A DNA stretch of 64,000 nucleotides, from the NCBI GenBank assembly GCA_047495785.1, contig JBLDXI010000007.1, positions 1,612,001 to 1,676,000 of the forward strand, read 5' to 3'. The notes beneath the pieces are model-generated. The model did no database searches, had not been told where the DNA came from, and saw only the letters and a program-made list of their open reading frames with translations. Shown in pieces: positions 57,001 through 64,000 of the stretch (position 1 is its first letter; every line of letters begins with the position of its first letter). The position numbers were made by a program, and so were the translations under genes. This DNA is from Lepidodermella squamata (lineage: Eukaryota; Animalia; Gastrotricha).

Positions 57001-58422
57001 ATCGAAATGCTCCGGGCGACTACAAACGATCGCCGTTGTCATTGGGACGAAGTGCTGCCCGCCGTTCTCTTCGCCTACCGCTCCGCTGTCAACTCGTCGA
57101 CCGGTTTCAGCCCGTACGAGCTGCTCTACGGCCGTCCGCCCAGGCTGCCCGGTCACTTGATCCTCGCCGAGTTCACGCCCGCTCGTCGCCCGCCGGAAGC
57201 TCACCTGGCTCAGCTTCAACACATTCTGCAACGCCAGTGGGAGCAGGCCCGCGCCAACCTCGACGAAGCCCGGCTACGTCAAAAGCGCTACTACGACCGC
57301 TACGCCAGCACTCGTCAGTTCGAGAAGGGCGATCTTGTTTGGATAACCGCTCCGACTCGCACGGCCAAGCTGCTTCCGGTGTTTCTGGGACCGTACCGCG
57401 TTGAAGACCGCCTCGCCAACAACGTCAACTACCGACTTCGAAAGCTGCCCGCCGAACAGAACGCGAACACCATCGTCGTCAACATCGACCGTCTCAAACC
57501 GTGTGGCCAGTTCGAGGACTGGATGTCTCGACCAACTACGCTGCCGCCTGCGCCAGCGCCCGCCAACGCACCGTCTCGCGTCATGACTCGTGCCTCGAAG
57601 CAACCGCAACGTTACGGCTACGTCGACACCGATTTCGCTCTGCGCGGCCTGGTTCGAAGCGTCGACTCACCCGTCTCGTTCGACTACGACTTCATCGTCT
57701 TTACGCTTATCTGTTTTGTGTTAACGCTTCTTTCGAGTTTCTGATAATGTTTGATGATTTCTGATATAATTTCCACTGTTCCTGATATTTGAACTTGAAA
57801 TTTGAGTATATTTGGCCTCACTGTTTTTTTTGGAGAGGGAGAGAGTGTTGCTGTTGTCTGTTATATTTTCAGTTGGCATTTCTTGTTGTCTGTTATATTT
57901 TCAGTTGGCATTTCTGTTTGATGTCCCTTGTATTATCAGTTGTCCTTGTACTATCTTATGCTACCGTCTTTGATATTTGTCTTTTGTTGCAAATTTCGAA
58001 AAATGTCTATTGTATTTTTGTGTTTGCGCTCATCGCCTCACCCCAGTAGCTTTTCCTAAAAGGGGGAGGTATGTAACATATGTATATATTAGTGAGCATA
58101 TTAGTGTTTCGCGCCGCTTGGTTGCGCGCCCGCCTCGGAGTGGCGCGCACGCTATAATTGCGCCTGTTCGCTATTGGTGCGCTCTATAATTGTACAGCGT
58201 TATGATTGGTTAGAACCGTTCTAGAAACTTCTATACCCTTGTTCTAGTATATTCGATTCCCGCCATATAACCATATATAAAGTCACTAATTTATGGGAAT
58301 AAAGAAGATTGAAGTTTGCTCACTAGTCTCGTGTTTGATTCTTACACGAATGCAAAGAAGGAGCCAAGAAATGCGCTGGATATCAGAGATGTTTCATGAA
58401 TGATAAGCAATGCGATGAGTAG
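51096..58422 (+). CDS. Secreted LDL-receptor class A repeat protein (12 repeats + partial 13th), interrupted at 52983 by a Gypsy element; remainder at 58351-58422
   Basis: Signal peptide; repeated CDGxxDCxDGxDE; short introns (e.g. 52266-52317, 52636-52691, 52745-52792); the empty site reads DEYGCTE|CKEGAKKCAGYQRCFMNDKQCDE*. Confidence 0.8.
53131..53143 (+). promoter_or_regulatory. Heat-shock element in the LTR (second copy at 58219-58231)
   Basis: TTCtaGAAacTTC gives three alternating nGAAn units, between an ATTGG and TATATAA (~53186). Confidence 0.55.
53308..54340 (+). CDS. gag: Gag with CCHC knuckle; frame break at a G7 run (53973-53979)
   Basis: PPVFS capsid-like N-terminus; CFTCQGVGHFARDC lies in the +1 frame; deleting one G fuses the two ORFs. 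Confidence 0.85.
54304..57744 (+). CDS. pol: Pol (PR-RT-RNase H-IN), probably expressed by -1 frameshift
   Basis: LVDTGA, LDLKSGYWQI, FGLCNAP, FLDD, DAS..AVGAVL, HHCC, SDQG.EF, GQAER, GPYRV; frame is open from 54304. Confidence 0.95.
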   Translation: MPKRAEAGQPFLSWSARPQLAAVSTRQRDCRIAVKVAGRQVLALVDTGATVSVLSERFVQWLNDVQLDDVDVEPLLGADKSLLSVTAATTVDVVFPPAFSVAHRFLVSPDIMTDVTLGYDFMTMHGVCLDAASNSFIIANQNYPIIGGSVTSSVRSVVRADEHILAPAQLEARDALLRQYSFLFDGKPGSTHLAEHSIDTGDAPPCRAYRRPRSPAELAEIDRQIDEMLANGIIEPSTSPWSSAIVLTNKSDGTKRFAIDYRRLNAVTRKTVTPLPLHVEFFDRLAGAQLFSVLDLKSGYWQIPINPRDRHKTAFESHRGLFQFRYMAFGLCNAPFSFQTLMNNVLGDLIYRRKVLVFLDDIIIWSSSVEEHLQLLEEVFIRLRDAGLKLNLKKCKLFAKQVKYLGFIVDENGIRPDPAKVRAIEHFPRPATASELRRFFGMASYLRRHVRNFAQLAAPFCDLLNAKDDEFFWTKAQEDAFQGLKAAIIEAVALAHPRFDLPFRISADASDTAVGAVLAQVQDGIETPIAFASRKLNQAEQRYPTTEKEALALVFATQQFRHYIHGAPVVLLSDHKPLKGLRTSPKLSPRMQRWVIWLEQFNFDIEYVPGSQQIVADALSRAPVDSADDRFDDLAFPPLVRQIDITRDCQLEDAYVRQLQLNDPVLGPVLQQLDADRRRRPTADNEQGRRFAAKFRQIRQISGLFYLCVNGRNLLIVPEALRSEVLYYCHTCTMAAHPGIAGTMDRLRTSYYWPTMGNDVRRFVLACSSCGQAKPFNQRRSAPLQSIEASFPLEYVSMDVVSLPWTPRGHMGCLVITDLFTKWAEVYPLLNHTAEEIAPKVVDFIARYGIPSFLLSDQGAEFESALLEKLYNHLGLRKIRTAGHHPKTDGQAERCNRCLIEMLRATTNDRRCHWDEVLPAVLFAYRSAVNSSTGFSPYELLYGRPPRLPGHLILAEFTPARRPPEAHLAQLQHILQRQWEQARANLDEARLRQKRYYDRYASTRQFEKGDLVWITAPTRTAKLLPVFLGPYRVEDRLANNVNYRLRKLPAEQNANTIVVNIDRLKPCGQFEDWMSRPTTLPPAPAPANAPSRVMTRASKQPQRYGYVDTDFALRGLVRSVDSPVSFDYDFIVFTLICFVLTLLSSF
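54307..54351 (+). promoter_or_regulatory. -1 ribosomal frameshift signal
   Basis: C CCA AAC slippery heptamer in the gag frame, 7-nt spacer, then the 11-bp stem GGCCGGCCAGC/GCTGGTCGGCC. Confidence 0.8.
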
Positions 58423-58510
58423 TTCGCGAAACTTATCAAGCAAATAAACCTGAGTAAACATCGACTCATCTACATACTGATGTGTTAAACTAGGTATATT
58501 GCCTGCCAAT

Positions 58511-59695
58511 ATGCTTCTAAAATTGCTGCTAACTTGCTCGATTAGCGTTATATATGAGGCAAGGGCTGTCAATAAAACTGTAGCAGAGCGATTGCGTGTT
58601 GGATTACTTGAAGTATGCCCTGCCGCCGCCTCCAGCTATCTGCCAAGTGAATTCGTGGCCAGAAAGATCCATCCAGTTCAAGTCGAAGTTGCATTTTCGC
58701 TTTTCAGATTCATCAAAATTGATGACATCGATCAAAGACTCTCTATGCTAGTTGGTATGAGATACTCGTGGCCCTTCCCATGTGACGCCCTTTCTTGTAC
58801 TCAATTACTATCAGAAGAAGAATGTGCCGGGGTAGAACCTTATGAATTTGTCACGCTCCTCCCCCACGAATCGATATGGCACCCGGTTATGAACCATCTG
58901 ACTCTGTTCGAAGATCCCTTCCCGAAGAAGGCTGGTTACAGCGACATTCATGTGTATCCATTTTACTCAATGTCGGGAGTTTGGGGTTCAAGCGGACGAA
59001 TTGATGTTCTATGCTCAAATTTCTCCTTCCAGACATTCCCCTTCGATCTTTTGCATTGCGAATTGGTGTTTAGCTCGCTGGAATGGGCTGAGCTTGTCAC
59101 TTATTACCCGTTTAACTTCGAGATCGACGCTTCGGCTAGGAACAATTTTATCGACGACTCGGAAATTTGGGAAGTAGCAGAGCCGTTCACAGCGCGGCGA
59201 GAATTCGTCATCGAAACTAATGGCTCCCCTCTAAATATCACACGGCTCATTTACACGGTTCGATTCAGGCGCAAATATAACTATTACGTCTACAACGTAT
59301 TCCTACCAACTGTTGGGCTGTTTGCATTGCAAGTTTGCGGCTTGCTCTTGAGCCCTTTCACAGTGGAGAGGCCGAGTTTCGCAATGACAGTTGTACTCGC
59401 CTGTGCTGTTAATTTGAGTTTGGTCACCAGTATGTTACCGATAACATCCGAGCCAGTCTATTTGATTTACATGGTAACAGCTAAATTTCTGGCAGGCATT
59501 CTAGTGACTTTCTACACGCTGCTATTAAGCTCCATGGATCGGAAACTTCTCAGGCAGGAGAAGAAGATTTTCGGATGGTACCTCGGCGTTAGTTGTGCGA
59601 GATTTTATGACTTTGTAGCTGCTTCTATTGTAGTTTCTTGCATTACTCTTTTTGATATCGCACTCGTTATGTTAATGATTCAAGCATATGAATAA
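58511..59695 (+). CDS. Cys-loop ligand-gated ion channel subunit, divergent and intronless (394 aa)
   Basis: Signal peptide; IDDIDQRL, IWHP, C..FPFD...C, RRKYNYYVYNVFLP, ER before M2, LPITSE, four TM helices. Confidence 0.9.
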   Translation: MLLKLLLTCSISVIYEARAVNKTVAERLRVGLLEVCPAAASSYLPSEFVARKIHPVQVEVAFSLFRFIKIDDIDQRLSMLVGMRYSWPFPCDALSCTQLLSEEECAGVEPYEFVTLLPHESIWHPVMNHLTLFEDPFPKKAGYSDIHVYPFYSMSGVWGSSGRIDVLCSNFSFQTFPFDLLHCELVFSSLEWAELVTYYPFNFEIDASARNNFIDDSEIWEVAEPFTARREFVIETNGSPLNITRLIYTVRFRRKYNYYVYNVFLPTVGLFALQVCGLLLSPFTVERPSFAMTVVLACAVNLSLVTSMLPITSEPVYLIYMVTAKFLAGILVTFYTLLLSSMDRKLLRQEKKIFGWYLGVSCARFYDFVAASIVVSCITLFDIALVMLMIQAYE

Positions 59696-61112
59696 AATCA
59701 GGCGCGGCCATAAATTTCTCGTTATGCCTTTCCTGCAACGGATAGTAATTTCCTCGAGAAGGTTGGAGTAAGGTCTCGAAAAAACAATCTATGCCTGGAG
59801 TTTCATACTTGGATGAAGACCAAAATAAGGAATAAGGACTTACACAGGAGCAGCGGGCCCTGTGAAGCTAAATTCAATTACCATAAATTCCCAAATTTAC
59901 AACAAGCTGGATTTTCCAAGGATTGCTTGACTGACCGAAAAATCAGCAATCAGCAAACTTGTTGGGCTGGATCAAACGTTCGTGTACTCCTTTATTGCTT
60001 ATTGTTTTTCAATCTCAAACCAGCGTCCAAAGTTTCTCTGATTGCAATGATGATTTCTTTCTTTGAATATGTAATTCGACATTTTGGTACACGATTTCCG
60101 TCACATGCTTCACTTTGATTTAAAAAAATGGCCAAGGAAATCCCAGGAACCTAACAAGTTACGTCTGTGTCCCTAAAAATTAGGCATAAAAGCAATTAGA
60201 AGGTGTTTACAAAAAACGGCGTTCCAGTTTTTAACCAGCTTTCATTTCCTGTTATTTTTAATTAATCGAATTATAAGTATGCTGTCCCTGATTATGATTG
60301 ATGATGTGGAACGTGTCTCGCCGAAATCGGGCAATTTTCTTCCGCCTTTCCGATAGCAAACAATATATTCACGCCATCTGTAGGCGAATTGAGAAATATA
60401 ACCCGTCTGTCACTCTTGATTTCCGCCTCGTTTCAGCCAAACAATAGTCAAGGGCTCTCGCTTACCGCCCCTCAAAATAACAATCGGTGTACACCGGTGT
60501 TTGCCTGGCCTGGCGGTTCGCTTTCAGTCACGCAATCTCTTCCGCCAGGCGCTTTGTTTTACCAAGAAAAAAAACGCTCTCACACGCGGCATGGCGCACT
60601 ACGCAGCATCTGTTGTATAGTATGAAACCATAAAAAAACGTGGGCTTAATAAAGAACACAGGTACGCACGTACCACAACGCGCGATTACCTGAAACAGCG
60701 CTTTATTATAATACCCGGCAAGAAAGAAGAAGAATTGGCAGGGTTGAGAACGAGTGAATCAGAGCATTATTGCAATAATGCGCTGATTGCTTTTCGCTTT
60801 ATATGCCACACCTTATTCCATAATTCTTTTTCTGTGGGCTGATTGATTTGAACATGTGCCTGAAACCAAAGCCAAGTAAAACATGTCCTACTTACCGACT
60901 TCCAGTTTTTTCCTGGGTTTCCTTGGTTGGCTGATTTTTTCTAGAATCTAGAATGTCAGTAATCAATGATCGCAGACCCATTTTTCATTTCTTAACGAGA
61001 GCGCCCATAGTCATGCGTGACACATGAATGCAATGAAAAGAGACTATTCTAGCATTTGAAAAAATTCAAAGCATGCGTAATTTACCCCCAACCCATCAGA
61101 AGTTATGTGAAC

Positions 61113-61135
61113 CCAATAATGACGTCAGGGGCGGG
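61113..61135 (+). promoter_or_regulatory. CCAAT + CRE + GC-box cluster (second CRE at 61450-61457)
   Basis: CCAATaaTGACGTCAGGGGCGGG. Confidence 0.45.
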
Positions 61136-61739
61136 AAAAAAATATCGGTTTTTTTCATTCAGCGCGCGAGGAAAATTTTCTTACTTTTCACGGGTGATTA
61201 ATAATTTATCAGTACAGCAAAAAAAACATAGGTGTGGTAGATCAATTTTTGGCGAAAATCTTGAATGCCAAAACAACTCACAAGTTTTTTATTGATGTTT
61301 TACGTGACTGCCTATCCTATTGTATTTTTGGCTTATCCTTAGGAACACACCACCTTTCTTAGGCAAATATGTTGAACAAACGTGTTCAGCTAATTTCACG
61401 TGTATTAGGTGTTATTTACTATGGGAGCTAGTTCAAACTTAGTTTAATCTGACGTCAATGAATGCACATGGGAGCACACTCGGCTCTAAAATGCGTCATT
61501 TGGAGCCAGAAAATTCCCCCAAGCTAGTTATGCGGCCTTCATCCTTTTGTTTCGAAATCTTTATTGAAGTTACCCCAGTTATTCATCTTAGCTTATAAGT
61601 TGCAGAATCTCCAGAGATTTCAATCTTTATGTCATTTTCTAGACAAATTAAAGGCGGGAGTTACCTCCTTACAATCGCCCTCAAGCGGCTGATTGCTTAA
61701 AACAAGAACATCTTGTCGTGCTAGTCAACATCAGTCATC

Positions 61740-62060
61740 ATGGAAAGAAGTTGCCGCATCGACTACGATGGCCATCACTACTTCATCAACGGGCTGAAAG
61801 TGCCGCAGCAATCTATGGACTCGGACGATCTTAGCAGCAGCTGTAGCAGCACAAGCAGTGATGGTGGTAAAATGATGGAGGGCGTTGTCTTCAACTCGGG
61901 CGCCGTGCAACCCTTGCAACCTTCGAACAACAATCAAAACAATCCCCCAACGCCGGAAGAAATGCTGTGGAAGAAGCGGCAACTGGCGGAAGTTCGCATG
62001 CTCGAAGAGTGCCGCCAGTTCGAATTTCGCGGCGGTTCTTCGCGGTCGTTTTGTTTCTGA
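61740..62060 (+). CDS. Hypothetical 106-aa Ser/Asn-rich protein
   Basis: ATG in a good context (atcATGG); GC-richer and more coding-like than its flanks; no family recognised. Confidence 0.55.
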   Translation: MERSCRIDYDGHHYFINGLKVPQQSMDSDDLSSSCSSTSSDGGKMMEGVVFNSGAVQPLQPSNNNQNNPPTPEEMLWKKRQLAEVRMLEECRQFEFRGGSSRSFCF

Positions 62061-62474
62061 GAAAAGTATTACGAATCGGCAAATAACCTTCACAATCCCG
62101 ATAACATCGACTTAGCCTGGTGTCATTTTATTTCGCATCTCTTTTAGAACATCTGTTCTTGTCTTATTATTTCGACTATCTATTCAACAACAGGAGCGCC
62201 TTTTGTTCTGATTGTTTCTCTTCTTATTGATTTCTTTCTCCTGTAAAAAGGACCGGAAAATGACTGCTTTGAGTTAGGAAACAGACGGATAACATCTTGT
62301 TGAATGCGTTCAAAAAATCCTTGAAGGAACTTAAAACAGAAAGCTACTTTACTTTTTTGCAAGCACTTGTCGTTAAAAACAACAATAAATTACGACATTT
62401 TTTGTATTTATTTTTTATGTCAGCTGTGAATATATTACTAGGATTAACAGGACGAATCCAGAGTTCAGATTTCT

Positions 62475-64000
62475 TCATTTACAGCCATTCGCCGAGCAAA
62501 CAGCTAATCTGGGAAAAGGATAGAGGAATAGTTATGATCCTGAAGAAAGAACTGCTCACATTCAATCCCTCAAGTTGAAAGAGATAAGCATTCATTTGTT
62601 AAATTGTTGTATTCACTTACTGTTGAAGCAATCTGGGCCCGTCCATCCTGCTTTGCAATCGCAAGTTCCAGGAGCTTTACAGCTGCCTCGGTTTTCGCAA
62701 TTCTTGCAGTTAGCTGTTCATTCAATGGGTAACAATGAATTCCTACTAAATTGATCTTACGCATGGTGCAATCGGGTGGCAGCCAATTATTGCTGCAATT
62801 GCATCGATTCGGTCGAACGCAAGTGCCACCGTTCGAGCAGCCAGTAGGACACAATGCTAAAAAGGGGATATCGAATTAAAGAATAAATAAACCTTTATGG
62901 TTCCGCACGCGTTTCACACTGGCTACCAATCCAGCCTGGAGAACATCTGCAGGTACTATTAGGGCTGACGCAGCTACCACCAAGACCACAAGGTGGCGAG
63001 CAGATGGCTATTCAGATAACATAAGCTGGGAATTATTTTTAATAACCATGAAAACTAACGGACAGAACAATCCCAACCTATCCAACCGTCTTGGCAAGTG
63101 CAACGATACCCACCCATAGCGTTCAAGTCTCCGACGCAACTGCCAGCGATGCATTTTGAAGGGCAGGTGATCTCTGAAATCACTCTCAAAAACAGTTGAG
63201 AATATGCGAAATTTGAAGATTACGGTTGATAAGTTGACACTGTGATCGTAAAGTGGCAAGCTCCGCCTGGCTCAGCGCTGTGTTGAATACTGAAACACAG
63301 GCGTAAAGATTGTTGAACCCGCCGTCCAAAACACTTCCGTAGCTAAACAAGAGGTTTTTATGCATTTAGCAGTAGGTTTCTGTTAACAGTTCACATACCG
63401 CCTGCCCATAAGCAATGTATCTGCCAGTGGTGGTAAAGCAGCCTTTACCAGGGGCGAGCTGAACACATCATCGCAAACAGCCGTGATGGTTCTATTCGCT
63501 GCATTGAATGTAAACGCGACAAAACGCCAGTCGGAAAAGTCGCAAGGTAGTTGTAAGTAGGGCGTACTCCCGGCATACGCGCCTAAAAGGTTTGGATAAA
63601 GGCTATTCAGATTAGACGCATTGAATCGCCATAGAATCGAAAAATAGCTTGTTCCATTGGCGAATTCAAATATTTGCGCCCTCGATTTTATGATGGCATG
63701 ACCAGCCACAGTAAAAGAAGTCAGGGCGAGAAAGCCGGGCGATTTCGTCTCGAACCAACTCGTGTTGTCAGCTTTATTCGTCTCATATGCAGTATTCGGC
63801 ATTCCAAACGGTCCAGCAGCCAATACTGGGGCCGTTGTTTGGAAAGTCGCGTCTATCTTGTTGTCAGAAATGTCGCGAAAGCCGAACAAATTGTTCATTG
63901 GCCAATAAAGCAAAGGTGTCGGTAAAGCGGCGAAGTTGGATCGCACTTGTGCCAGATATTCCTGAGACTCTGTCGACGAGACCAGAGCTTCCAACAGTAT
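62475..64000 (-). CDS. LamG + 4 EGF protein, paralog of 47998-50680, 5'-truncated by the window end
   Basis: Shares YWPMN.LFG.RDISDNK, NKADNTSWFETKSP and CPSKCIAGSCV; same intron positions (first intron 63398-63343). Confidence 0.82.

Larger units (their letters stand above)
52984..58346 (+). mobile_element. Full-length Ty3/Gypsy LTR retrotransposon (5363 bp)
   Basis: 275-bp TG..CA LTRs (52984-53258, 58072-58346); CGAA TSD; PBS-like TGGTGGCCA at ~53262; polypurine tract AAAAGGGGGAGG at 58058-58069. Confidence 0.98.

Noticed and set aside
57745-58071. env-like ORF (57789-58049)
   Set aside because: Short, no ATG start, and a T-rich 3' UTR containing a 32-bp tandem duplication (57852-57915); the hydrophobicity reflects base composition.
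58351-58520. LDLa-channel fusion protein
   Set aside because: No convincing in-phase donor, an intervening stop and AATAAA, and the channel has its own signal peptide.
1-64000. Genome-wide reassignment of TAG to Tyr
   Set aside because: Tens of kb of ORF contain only two such TAGs, TAG ends several genes (31701, 47667), and the TAG ending GPCR 1 aligns to a paralog CAG (Gln).

Overview
This is animal (invertebrate) genomic DNA with many short GT-AG introns of about 50-60 bp; no prokaryotic features or CRISPR were seen, and I cannot name the species. From left to right it contains: a 5'-truncated PLCXD-type gene, a His-rich secreted peptide gene and a small heat-shock protein gene. Next is a ~27-kb tandem array of intronless GABA-B-like class C GPCRs (6 intact, 1 with a single TAG, 2 decayed), with duplication relics, gene-conversion tracts and several MITEs. 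Then come a sigma-class GST, a 14-exon minus-strand gene that the ORF track shows only in pieces, and two highly derived ADP/ATP-carrier paralogs 61 bp apart. The last third holds a Cys-rich/KR-repeat prepropeptide, a SOCS-box protein, an inverted pair of LamG-EGF genes, an LDLa-repeat gene interrupted by a young Ty3/Gypsy element, an atypical Cys-loop channel subunit and a small orphan ORF. The best candidate for an undescribed system is the 14-exon gene (33599-40844). Spliced by hand it gives ~1650 aa with an Apaf-1-like CARD and NB-ARC, degenerate nucleotide-binding motifs, and ~25 ankyrin repeats in place of WD40. It lies directly downstream of the two ANT paralogs, which lack transport motifs. 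Other leads are the diversifying GABA-B-like receptor array, operon-like gene pairs, and two otherwise intact genes with a lone TAG at a conserved Tyr. All splicing and homology calls were made by eye without database searches.
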